64,000 nt of DNA from a bacterium. Lineage in GTDB: Bacteria > Verrucomicrobiota > Kiritimatiellia > CAIKKV01 > CAITUY01. Position numbers and translations under genes: made by a program. The notes beneath the pieces were generated by a model. It was given only the letters and a program-made list of their open reading frames with translations. It was not told the DNA's origin and did no database searches. Position 1 is the stretch's first letter. The number at the start of each line of letters is the position of its first letter. The stretch spans positions 518 to 64,517 of the forward strand of contig JBAXPK010000007.1 in assembly GCA_037132275.1 (NCBI GenBank). Direction: 5' to 3'. This document shows positions 17,824-27,400 of this stretch, one piece after another.

Positions 17824-18923
17824 GCGCCGCCATCGTCGTGGGAATCATGACGCTCTGCCTCGGGGTATTGTTTTTCTGGGCGTTTCGCGTCCTGCCCGGC
17901 GAGCCGTGGCAAATTCTGGCGGTATGGCCGCGCCAGAAGGAGCCTGATGGCACATGGCGCGGTACGAACCTGACTTACTATGGTCTATTCAATGGTCTAG
18001 GATTGGCGGTGGCGGTGGCGGTGACGGTGTTTCTGCTGGGAACCATGCGAATGCCGCTGCCCTATGTGGCGTGGTGTGTCTTTGTTCTCCTGGCGGTCAC
18101 GGTTCCTGCTTCCAAAATTGTCAATCGCATGGTGGAGGGACATTGGCACGGGTTCACCATTGGAGGGGCCTCATTCGTCGGGATGGTGGCGGGCCCCTGG
18201 TTGGTCTGGGGTATTTCCCGCCTGACTCTGTCAGCGGAGGAAGGGGCGATGGCGACGGTGTCTGTGATGGGTGCCATAGCGTGTGCCTATGCGTTGGGTG
18301 AAGGCATCGGGCGGTTAGCCTGCATCAGTTTCGGCTGTTGTTACGGGCGACCGCTGGCGGACTGTCCAGCCTGGCTTTCAAAATTATTCACTCACGGGGC
18401 TTTTGTCTTTGAGGGACGCTTAAAAAAATCCTCTTACGAACACAGGTATGAAGGCAAACGCCTGATTCCTGTGCAGGCCCTGACCGCCATCATCTCCAGC
18501 ATGGCCGGGCTCGTCGGCATGGCGGTATTCCTGGGCGGGCATCCGGTTCTAGCCTATGTGATGCCGGTTGTCGCTACGCAGGTGTGGAGGTTTGTGTCGG
18601 AATTCCTGCGGGCGGATTACCGGGGGGCGGGGCGGATTACTGCCTACCAGGGCATGGCCCTTGCGGGAGCGGCCTATACGGTGGCGCTTGGCCTTCTGTG
18701 GTCCGGCACGCTGGCGCTTACTCCCGATGTGGCTCGCGGCCTGGCGTTGCTATGGACTCCTGGCGCGATTCTATTAATTGAAGCCGTCGCCCTCTTTGTT
18801 GCCATTCGCATGGGCCTCAGTACAGTCACAACGGCCAGAATTCATTTCGGCCTCAGGCAGGATGGCGTGCCACCCGTGTCCCCTGCCTTGCGAACATCTG
18901 ACGGCTCGCTAACTCAGGACTAA
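17820..18923 (+). CDS. Lgt-like (prolipoprotein diacylglyceryl transferase family) polytopic membrane protein
   Basis: About 8 TM segments. GEGIGRLACISFGCCYGRPL resembles the Lgt GRxGxFxNGCCYG motif. ATGA overlap with the psd-like gene. Confidence 0.5.
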   Translation: MSAAIVVGIMTLCLGVLFFWAFRVLPGEPWQILAVWPRQKEPDGTWRGTNLTYYGLFNGLGLAVAVAVTVFLLGTMRMPLPYVAWCVFVLLAVTVPASKIVNRMVEGHWHGFTIGGASFVGMVAGPWLVWGISRLTLSAEEGAMATVSVMGAIACAYALGEGIGRLACISFGCCYGRPLADCPAWLSKLFTHGAFVFEGRLKKSSYEHRYEGKRLIPVQALTAIISSMAGLVGMAVFLGGHPVLAYVMPVVATQVWRFVSEFLRADYRGAGRITAYQGMALAGAAYTVALGLLWSGTLALTPDVARGLALLWTPGAILLIEAVALFVAIRMGLSTVTTARIHFGLRQDGVPPVSPALRTSDGSLTQD

Positions 18924-18940
18924 TCTTTCTGCGGCATAGT
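18898..18940 (+). promoter_or_regulatory. Pho-box-like promoter element containing a 26-bp palindromic unit
   Basis: CTGAC at 18898, CTAAC at 18909, GGACTAATCTT at 18917-18927. Palindrome GGACTA-N14-TAGTCC at 18917-18942. CATAGT at 18935-18940. Confidence 0.5.
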
Positions 18941-18950
18941 CCGCTGATCT

Positions 18951-19703
18951 ATGGCCGGTTCCCATAACCCTATCATGTCGGCGGGAGTCCTTCTCCTGAC
19001 TCTCTGCCTCCTTCCTGTCCACGCGGCCCATCCTCGCTTCTCTATCCCATCCCCAATCGCGCAGCCCTCTCCACTCACGAATAGGCCATCATTAATACCT
19101 TCCCCTTCCTTCTCTCGCTATTCCATCATCCTGACCCGGATGCCATTTGGAAACGAGGCGCCCTCTGTCGCCACTGCGGCCCGGGCCGAGGCCGCGGACA
19201 TTCCGGCTGAAAGTTTCTCCAAGACCCTTACGCTGTGCGCGATTACCCGAAGCCATGACACCGGCAAAGTCCAGGTTGGGCTTGTGGACCATGAGACCCG
19301 AAAAAGTTACTTCCTTGGCGAGGGTGATAAAGAAGATGGCCTGGAACTGAAGGAGGCCGATTATGTGGAGGAGAAGGCGTTACTCGCGATGGGGGAGAAG
19401 GAAGTGTGGTTGACGATGAAGGCGGGGGCGATGAAGACCCCTACGGGTGTCCGCAATCCATTCGGTTTTGAGAGCGCAACGTCTTCTCCACCGCCAAGCC
19501 CCGATGAGTCCGGAACCATGACCTTAGCGGCTATGAGCGGGGAGGCGGAGCCTGCCGCCGACAGTTTTAAGAAGCTCGTTATGAGTTCTCAAATGGAACT
19601 GCTTCGCGCCCGTGGCGCCAAGGGCCCGCCCTTGCCCATGGCCCTCACGCCAGAAATGGATGATCAACTCGTCAAGGAAGGCGTCCTCGCCCAGACGGAG
19701 TAG
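18951..19703 (+). CDS. Hypothetical secreted Pro/Ser-rich protein
   Basis: Signal peptide (SAGVLLLTLCLLPVHAAHP) followed by a low-complexity P/S region. ATG 18951 lies 11 nt after CATAGT, so the mRNA may be leaderless; the alternative start is ATG 18975. Confidence 0.45.
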   Translation: MAGSHNPIMSAGVLLLTLCLLPVHAAHPRFSIPSPIAQPSPLTNRPSLIPSPSFSRYSIILTRMPFGNEAPSVATAARAEAADIPAESFSKTLTLCAITRSHDTGKVQVGLVDHETRKSYFLGEGDKEDGLELKEADYVEEKALLAMGEKEVWLTMKAGAMKTPTGVRNPFGFESATSSPPPSPDESGTMTLAAMSGEAEPAADSFKKLVMSSQMELLRARGAKGPPLPMALTPEMDDQLVKEGVLAQTE

Positions 19704-19747
19704 GACAGAACGACATGGCGGGCGAGTATGAGCGCCCTTACAAAGTT

Positions 19748-19790
19748 CTGACCGCAGACTAATTCGAGACTAATCATTCTGCGGCATAGT
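19748..19790 (+). promoter_or_regulatory. Pho-box-like promoter element upstream of the phoB-like gene
   Basis: CTGAC at 19748. Tandem 11-mers AGACTAATTCG (19756-19766) and AGACTAATCAT (19767-19777). Palindrome AGACTA-N14-TAGTCT at 19767-19792. CATAGT at 19785-19790. Confidence 0.55.
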
Positions 19791-19843
19791 CTGACCCAGA
19801 TTATATCCCGGGCGCTGTTCCCGTTCGCAGGGACGACTATTCT

Positions 19844-20542
19844 ATGGCTGTTGCTCAGAAACATATACTGATTGTTGAAGACGAGGATGATATCCTTGAG
19901 TTGGAGCGCTACAATCTGACGCGGGAGGGCTTCAGCGTGGCCGCAGTTTCGCGCGGCGAGGATACCCTCAAGGCGGTGACCCAGAAGAGGCCGGATCTCA
20001 TTCTCCTGGATCTCATGCTGCCGGGTATGAACGGGCTTGAAGTGTGCCAGAAACTCAAAGCAGATCCCTCAACCGCCGACATCCCGATCATCATGGTCAC
20101 AGCCAAAGGCGAGGAATCGGACATCATTGTGGGGCTGGAACTCGGGGCGGACGATTATGTGAACAAGCCCTTCAGCATCAAAGTGCTCATTTCCCGCATC
20201 CGTGTTGCGCTGCGCCGTCAGCCGATCAAAGCTTATGACCAGAAGCATGGCCTGCGGGTCGGTGACGTGGAGATCAATCCCAGCCGTTTTCAGGTGAAGA
20301 TCAAGGGAAAACCCATTGTGGGGCTCACGGTGACAGAGTTCCACCTGCTTCACTTTCTTGCCAGCCGTTCAGGCCGTGTCATGAACCGGCAACAGATCCT
20401 GGATGCTGTGCGCGGTGAGGATATTGCCGTGACTGAGCGGGCGGTGGATGTCCAGATGGTCGGCTTACGCAAGAAGCTCGGCTCCGCCGCAGATTACATT
20501 GAGGCCGTGCGTGGAGTGGGATACCGCTTCAGGGACGGCTGA
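19844..20542 (+). CDS. phoB: OmpR/PhoB-family response regulator (PhoB-like)
   Basis: REC domain (ILIVEDEDD...DLILLDLMLPGMNG...VTAKGEESDIIVGLELGADDYVNKPFS). Winged-helix domain (TEFHLLHFL, RAVDVQMVGLRKKL, VRGVGYRF). Close motif-by-motif to E. coli PhoB. No adjacent kinase. Confidence 0.75.
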   Translation: MAVAQKHILIVEDEDDILELERYNLTREGFSVAAVSRGEDTLKAVTQKRPDLILLDLMLPGMNGLEVCQKLKADPSTADIPIIMVTAKGEESDIIVGLELGADDYVNKPFSIKVLISRIRVALRRQPIKAYDQKHGLRVGDVEINPSRFQVKIKGKPIVGLTVTEFHLLHFLASRSGRVMNRQQILDAVRGEDIAVTERAVDVQMVGLRKKLGSAADYIEAVRGVGYRFRDG

Positions 20543-20902
20543 GTCCTGCTGTGACCCTGTCGATGGCCCGCTGATCGCGCCTCCACACCTCCTTAAAACA
20601 CGTTTTCCACCCTTTCGGTGTCTCCGTAAGACTAATTGAAAAAAACGGAAGCTCTAATTCACTCCAAACGCTCATTTTTCATGATGCTGATGTTTTCAAA
20701 GGCTTAGGAGGTGCGCGAAGTCGGTCGGCATGGTCGGCAACAAGGCGCGGCAAGAAAGAACAGAGAAGGAGGTGAACACGAGAAAAGACGGGGATGGAAT
20801 ACGGAAGAAGGCGTGAGTCGATAACCAGTAAGATAGCATTTAACTTGAGCAAGATCATAAACGGAAAAGTTAAGACTAAAGAAACAAACAGGAATAAAAA
20901 GA

Positions 20903-22987
20903 ATGAAGAAGAATCAAAAAACTAAAATATTAGGACTGATGTCCGCTGCGGCGTTATCGCTCGGCATGCAGCAGGCCGGGGCCGCCGACGTCACAGTGTC
21001 GGCCGATATTACTGCGAATACAACGTGGTCGAGCAATAACGTGTACAAATTGGATCGCCTGATCTTCGTCAAGAACGGGGCGACCTTGACCATCCAACCT
21101 GGGACGGTTGTCCGCGGATTGCCGATCGGCCCCGTGCCACAGCAACCGGGAACGTTGCTCATCGCGCGCGGTTCGAAGATCAATGCCCAGGGCACGGCGG
21201 CGAACCCGATCGTGTTCACGGACCAGTATGACAACAATGTCGGGTCAAATCCCGGAAGCGTTGTCAATGGTAATGACTATGGCGCGCTGAACAACCAACT
21301 CACCGGGCAGTGGGGTGGCTTGATTCTCGCGGGCAAGTCCTACATTGCCTGGGACGGGATGGACAGTGTTGGCGTCTACACGCCGGACGGTACGGTCGCC
21401 ACAGCGATCGAAGGTCTGAGCAGCACGAGCGACATCAACTACGGCGGTAACAACGACCTCGACAACAGCGGCGTCTTAAACTACGTCTCGGTTCGTTATG
21501 GTGGTTACATCCTCGGGTCGTCGAAGGAAATCAACGGTATTACCTGCTGCGGCGTGGGCCGTGGTACAACGTTGGATCATCTCGACGTCTACAACACCAA
21601 GGACGACAATATCGAGTTCTTCGGCGGCACAGTCGGCATGAAGCACTTGATTGCCTGGGGTGGTAATGACGACGGGATTGACACCGACACCGGCTGGCGC
21701 GGCAAGATCCAGTTCGCGATGGTGGTTCAGGGTTACAACACCTTGGTGGGCCCTGCCCCCCAGGCTCCTGACTCCGGCGACAAAGGGTTGGAGTGGGACG
21801 GTGCGGGCGACAGCACGGGGTTCAATGACGATCCCCAGTCCTGTGGCACGATGTTCAACTTCACGCTCGTCGGCATGGGCTCGAACTCCATGGACCAGGC
21901 GAACACCGCCTTCAACCTGCGCGACAACGCGGGTGGACGGTTGTACAACGGCCTTGTTCTGGATTTCGGTGGCGGTTGCACCCTGATCGAGGGTAACACC
22001 AACTCCTGGCCTCTTGGCGCAAACTGCTCGGCGATGAAACTGTTCCAGGACTATGCCCAGGACAGCTACTTCACCAGCGGCACGAACAAGCAGGGCGTGG
22101 CTCTGACCTACAAGCCGGCCAATATCAACTACATCGGCTATCCCGATGCCATCGCCGGGTCCAAGAAGATGGAATTCAAGAAGATTGCGTTCTGGAACAT
22201 GGGCATCCCTCATTCCATCGGTATGAATGCCGGGTTCGACACCACTGCCGGCAAACTGCTGTGCGGGTCGGACAATGGTCGTTTCTCAACCCATGAACAC
22301 TTCGGTTTCTACCCGGACAATACGGGTTATGACATCGTCGCGGCGGGCAACGCAGGCGGCAATACGGTTGAAGCAGCTCTTCCGATCCAGTACTACGAGC
22401 GGGACGCTGTCGCGGCCACATTCCAGCCGACGTTCCGTTCGGGTGCTCACCCCTACACCAACGTCAAGTTGATTGACCCCCGCGTCACCACCAACCTTAT
22501 GACCAAGGGTATCATGCCTCCGGCCGACGGATTCTTCACCCCTGTGAACTTCCTTGGCGCAATGGGCACGAAGAACTGGGCGGGTCCGTGGAGCACGGCG
22601 TGGCGCTTGGGTGGTTTTGTGACCAACGGCGTGCCTACCGGCGACGAAACCGGTATCGTGCCTAAGATCACCAAGACCGGCTCGGGTTCCACCGGCAAGG
22701 TGAACATCTCGCTGGCCAACGACTCTTATCTGGGGACGCAGGCGGACTTCTGGCTGATTGCAGCCAAGGGAACCACCTACTACCACTACAACTTGGCCAA
22801 CAACAAGTGGGTGTTAGGTCTCAATCCCACCTATCAGGGGGCCTTGATCGACCTGGGTGTGACCCCGATGTCGATGACGTACCTGCCCACAGGCAGCTAC
22901 ACGGTGTACTTCGGTGTGGATCTGGTCAAAGATGGCGCTCTCCAGTTGGACAGCCTGTCTGTCGCGGCCGTGACCTACACGCGGTAA
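20903..22987 (+). CDS. Secreted beta-helix-like protein of the TonB-dependent uptake locus
   Basis: Signal peptide (ILGLMSAAALSLGMQQAGAADV). N-terminal ITANTTWSSNNVYKLDRLIFVKNGATLTIQPGTVVRG. C-terminal ~100 aa domain shared with 2..1873. Strong terminator follows. Confidence 0.55.
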   Translation: MKKNQKTKILGLMSAAALSLGMQQAGAADVTVSADITANTTWSSNNVYKLDRLIFVKNGATLTIQPGTVVRGLPIGPVPQQPGTLLIARGSKINAQGTAANPIVFTDQYDNNVGSNPGSVVNGNDYGALNNQLTGQWGGLILAGKSYIAWDGMDSVGVYTPDGTVATAIEGLSSTSDINYGGNNDLDNSGVLNYVSVRYGGYILGSSKEINGITCCGVGRGTTLDHLDVYNTKDDNIEFFGGTVGMKHLIAWGGNDDGIDTDTGWRGKIQFAMVVQGYNTLVGPAPQAPDSGDKGLEWDGAGDSTGFNDDPQSCGTMFNFTLVGMGSNSMDQANTAFNLRDNAGGRLYNGLVLDFGGGCTLIEGNTNSWPLGANCSAMKLFQDYAQDSYFTSGTNKQGVALTYKPANINYIGYPDAIAGSKKMEFKKIAFWNMGIPHSIGMNAGFDTTAGKLLCGSDNGRFSTHEHFGFYPDNTGYDIVAAGNAGGNTVEAALPIQYYERDAVAATFQPTFRSGAHPYTNVKLIDPRVTTNLMTKGIMPPADGFFTPVNFLGAMGTKNWAGPWSTAWRLGGFVTNGVPTGDETGIVPKITKTGSGSTGKVNISLANDSYLGTQADFWLIAAKGTTYYHYNLANNKWVLGLNPTYQGALIDLGVTPMSMTYLPTGSYTVYFGVDLVKDGALQLDSLSVAAVTYTR

Positions 22988-23013
22988 TCCCTTTGCATAG
23001 TATATGAAGGAGG

Positions 23014-23048
23014 CTGGCAGCAGGGGTGACCCTGCTGCCAGTTTTTTT
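23014..23048 (+). terminator. Rho-independent terminator
   Basis: 12-bp stem ctggcagcaggg / ccctgctgccag with loop gtga, followed by TTTTTTT. Confidence 0.85.
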
Positions 23049-23110
23049 GTCTACAAAAGGGTGGGAGGGCGTCGTGATATAAAGAATGCAAACCCAAAAC
23101 ACACACGGGT

Positions 23111-23142
23111 TTAATATCAGGCTAACAATCGGAACCTATAAT
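23111..23142 (+). promoter_or_regulatory. Promoter-like element: TTAAT-N6-CTAAC-N10-TATAAT
   Basis: TTAAT at 23111, AGGCTAACAAT at 23119-23129, perfect TATAAT at 23137-23142. Same register as the 1995, 18917 and 19767 copies. Lies 29 nt upstream of ATG 23171. Confidence 0.45.
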
Positions 23143-23170
23143 CACGCCTTTAATCAAAGGAACACATCTC

Positions 23171-24400
23171 ATGACAAACAGATTTTGGGCACAAACCAAC
23201 ATCTTCACAACACTGGCGATCACAAGCGGCCTTATGCTGGCATTAGCCGGAGGATGCAAGCCGTCTGAGCCGTCTCTTCCAACTTCAAGAAACGCAGGAC
23301 AGGCCGGACCCCTCGGATATGGCTGGGTTTTCGCGTGTGCGATCACCAATGATGAGATAGACCTGAGTGACCGCTGTCTGGCCCAGAAAGCGGTGGCTCT
23401 TGCCTATCTAGCCGAAGGTAATGTCGAAATGGCCCAGGCGTGTGCGTTGCAGATCGAGGATTACAGCCGGGGAATGGTACTCGCCGCCATCGCGGAGTGG
23501 CTTGTCGCGCATAACGAGTCTGAGAAGGCCGAGGCATTGCTTCCGGCGCTGGAAGCCAGTGGATTTGTGGCGAAGGATTGGCAGCGTGAGTACATTGGTT
23601 CGGCCATCATACGGGTTCAAGCCCTATTGGGTAAGGAGCAAGTAGTGGTCAAGAACGCCGCAAAATTCAGCGACCACTCCCGTCTTGGGGGTGATGTCGC
23701 GGCGAGTCTGGCACTCGTGCTGGCGCGAACTGGCCGCGTGGATGAAGCCACGGGCATTCTCGGAAATCTGACGCAGACGAACGGGCTTAATACCGCAGAT
23801 TCAAGCGTGAAAGGGTACTTGGATATGGCCGCGTTGGGGCGACTTGACCGGGGTGCGGTGACGCAGGCGCTCGTCAAGGCCTGGGAAGCGGCGGGAACCA
23901 TCCGGCCGCCCCGGCGGTGGGATCTGCAGTTAGAGGTGATTGATGCCATGACCAAACAGGGGATGTCCAAGGACGCCCTCGAACATCTTGCCCTGACATC
24001 CTCCAACATCACGATCGCCGTTAAACTTCCCCCGGAGGTTCACTCCGCGATGCTCTGCCAGTGCGCGCTGTTATGGAAAAAACTGGGGCAACCACAGAAC
24101 GGTGAGGCTCTGCGCGGCGAGGCAGAAAAAGCCATTGCTCGAAAAATGGAAGTGATCTTCCAGCCCGGTGCCTACGCGATCATCGCAACGATGTACGCCG
24201 AAGCCGGCGATCTAGCACAGGCCAGAACGTGGTATGGCCGCGCCCTGGACGTGGCCGCCGGTCTTGAGAACCGCCGACCCAGGGCCCAGGCTGGCGTGGA
24301 AGTGTGTGAGTCGTTGGCAAGACATAAAGAGGTTATTGATGCGGGCATCCAAAAGAGGCTTGAACGCCTCAACGGGACATTTGATGTCGCGCAACCCTAA
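23171..24400 (+). CDS. Hypothetical lipoprotein, all-alpha (TPR/HEAT-like) repeats
   Basis: Lipobox LMLALAGGC. Ala/Leu-rich helical repeat composition. No family recognised. Confidence 0.5.
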   Translation: MTNRFWAQTNIFTTLAITSGLMLALAGGCKPSEPSLPTSRNAGQAGPLGYGWVFACAITNDEIDLSDRCLAQKAVALAYLAEGNVEMAQACALQIEDYSRGMVLAAIAEWLVAHNESEKAEALLPALEASGFVAKDWQREYIGSAIIRVQALLGKEQVVVKNAAKFSDHSRLGGDVAASLALVLARTGRVDEATGILGNLTQTNGLNTADSSVKGYLDMAALGRLDRGAVTQALVKAWEAAGTIRPPRRWDLQLEVIDAMTKQGMSKDALEHLALTSSNITIAVKLPPEVHSAMLCQCALLWKKLGQPQNGEALRGEAEKAIARKMEVIFQPGAYAIIATMYAEAGDLAQARTWYGRALDVAAGLENRRPRAQAGVEVCESLARHKEVIDAGIQKRLERLNGTFDVAQP

Positions 24401-27400
24401 AGGGTGGTTGTTGGCGGTTGTTTTGATTACGGGACTCGCATGGGCACTGCCAACCTGCGGGCAGATTCCTTTTGGGGGGATTCGCGGTTCGGTTTCAGAT
24501 GCGGAGTTCGGAGGCCCGGCGGCACAGGCCACGATCCAGGTGGTGGAACTGAACAAGGGGCAGGTCACATCGGAGGACGGGCATTTCATTGTCGAGGGAT
24601 TGCCGCCGGGAAACTACACCATAACGGTCTCAAAGCCGGGTTACGAGCGGCATGTCCAATCGGCTGTAATCGTGGTAGCCGGGGCGTTGACGGATTTGGC
24701 GATTGAGTTGAAGGGTGAATTCACCGAGATGGAGGAATTGACGGTGCGCGACTTGGAATTGACGGATACCGCGAGCGAAACCGGCCTGCTGAACCTGCGC
24801 CGCAATACGCTGTCGTTCCAAGATTCCGTCAGCAAGGACATGATGCGGCGCGCCGGGGCAAGTGATGCGGCCGGGGCGCTGAAACTGGTCGTTGGTGCCT
24901 CGGTGGTGGACGGCAAGTACGCCACCGTTCGAGGCATGAGTGACCGGTATGTCGGGGTTGCGCTGAATGGCATGCGTGTACCCAGTTCCGATCCCAAGAA
25001 GCGCGCCGTACAATTGGATATCTTTCCTTCCGGAACGATCGAGAGCATGACCGTGTCCAAGACCTTCACCGCGGATCTGCCGGGTGATTACAGCGGCGGC
25101 GGTGTCAATATCCGGACGATTTCGATTCCTGAAAAGCCGTTTATGAAAGCATCCCTATCTCGTGAGGTCAATGGGCAGTTTACCGGGAAAGATGGCTTCG
25201 TCACCTACGACGGGTCGGGGTGCAGCCAGTGGGGTCGCGATCAGGGGTCGCGGGCCATGCCGACGGATTTGGCGAACATGACTCGGAATCCGATTCTTAC
25301 CAGTAGCATTATCGCGGGTGGTTCACTGCCGTCGAGCTTCTCGTTACACAATCAGTTGGTGGACGCCGATCATCCGCAAGACCCCGTCTATGCGGAGTAT
25401 GACCGCATTACCCGTTCCCTCTCCCCTGCCATGGGTGTCAAGTTTACCAAGGTGCCCGACGGGAACTATGGGTATTCGCTGAGTGGAGGCAGTCGCAAGG
25501 ATGTGGGAGGCGGCTGGACGGCGGGGGGGATTGGCGCGTTCACCTACAGCGACAAGTTTACGGTGCAGGATGCGGCCGAGCAGTCCTACTCGCGGGCCGA
25601 GTTCGGAGGTGTGAATCTCGCGGACAACAACCAGTTCCGCCGCCAGACCGGGAGTCAGGAAGTCAAGGACAGCATGCTGGCGTCGGTGGGATTGGCCCAA
25701 GGGGATGAGCAGGCGTTTGGATTCACATGGCTCAGGACTCAGGCCGCCACAGACCGTGCCTCCATCAGAAATGACATGACGTTTCCCAATACGATGCCTG
25801 TGGATGCTCAGGTGGATCGGGTTCAGGGCATCCAGTACACCGAGCGATCCACGGATTCCAAGCAGTATACCTGGCATCGGAAGTTTGATCCGGTGGAGGT
25901 TGAGTTGTTCGGGGCGCACAATGTCGTTCGACAGTACGATCCGGATACGCGGCGTTTCAAAGAACAAGTTTCGCGGTCGGGGCCGGAGGAGTGGAATTTT
26001 ATCATTCCCCAACCCTCCAGCGTGATGTCCGTCTACAATGCTGCGCGTATCTGGCGTGATATCGAAGAGGATAACACCCAAGAGGGAATCAACCTTAACC
26101 TCCCCTTCAAGGCAAACGATTCCGATGGCCGATTCAAACTCGGCGCACTCAAAGACATGACCCAGCGGTCGTTTACTCAGTCGGCTTTCACCTATCTCGG
26201 GGTGTCGCGGTTCCGCCAGAAGCCCCCCGCTGACAGTTCCGATGCTGATGCGCAGAAGTGGTACACCAATGATGTCAAGAGTGCCGATTTCAAGACGACC
26301 TCGTCGGATCCCTCCGCGTTGTGGACGGATACTTTTACGGCTGACAATAATATCGGCGCCGGGCCCTATCAGAACGAAATGCGGTGGTATATCATTCCGC
26401 AGATCGGGCAGAATAACGTAAACTATCAAGCCAGTCAGGATCTTCCCTCAGGGTATTGGATGCTGGATTATCCGTTAACGTCGCGACTCAAGGCCCTTGC
26501 CGGCGCCCGGCTTGAAGTTACCGACATTTCGATCGATCCGATTTCGGCTTATGAAGCCATCCAGCCGGGAAGTTATTCCTACTCGGTGTTGACCCTGGAG
26601 TCGGGCGCGTATTCCTTCAAGCCCGCCACGCGGGCTGACGTCCAGACCCATATGCAGGAGGCGGACTGGTTGCGCTCGATGGGTCTGGTGTACGAACTCG
26701 CCCCGAAAATGAACCTTCGGGTCAACTGGTCGCAGACCATTGCTCGTCCCACCATTCGGGAGTTGGCCCCGGTGCTGTCGGTGGATCCCATCGAAAACGA
26801 GAATTTTGTCGGTAATCCGAACCTGAAGGTTTCGCATGTGGAAAACGATGACGTGCGATGGGAGTGGTTTCGGAAGCCGGGCGAGGTGTGGGCGGTCAGC
26901 TGGTTTTACAAGAAGATCACCGATCCTATTGAAAAGATCTCCTTTAACTATTACGGTGACCCGTATGTCGTGGCGGTCAACTATCCTGAGGGCCAGGTTT
27001 CCGGAATGGAATACGAGGCCCGAAAAGACCTCGATTTCCTGCCTGGGCCTTTCGGATACCTGCATGTGGGCGCCAACTATACCCGCATGAAATCACTAGT
27101 GGTGTTGCCCGATGAATATGCGAACCGGTTGAAGAACTACGATCTTTATCCCGAGGAGCGGGATCCTTCCGACGAGTATGTGTCGCCCTTTGACCAGTTT
27201 GCGAAGGGCTTTGTCTTCAGTTTCTTTAATATGGAAGATGTTGGGAAATCGAAGGGGGCTACGCGTGACATGGAGGGGCAGCCGGATTTTCTATTCAACT
27301 TCAACTTGGGATATGACATTGAGAAATGGGGAACCTCCATCAACTGGTTCTATAACATTCGCGGCGATATGCTTAAGACCGGCGCGGCAGTGGCGGATTA

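Noticed and set aside
23091-23113. Small hairpin aaaccc-N10-gggttt upstream of the 23171 promoter
   Set aside because: The stem is only 6 bp with a 10-nt loop and no U-tract. It follows an already strong terminator and is probably fortuitous.
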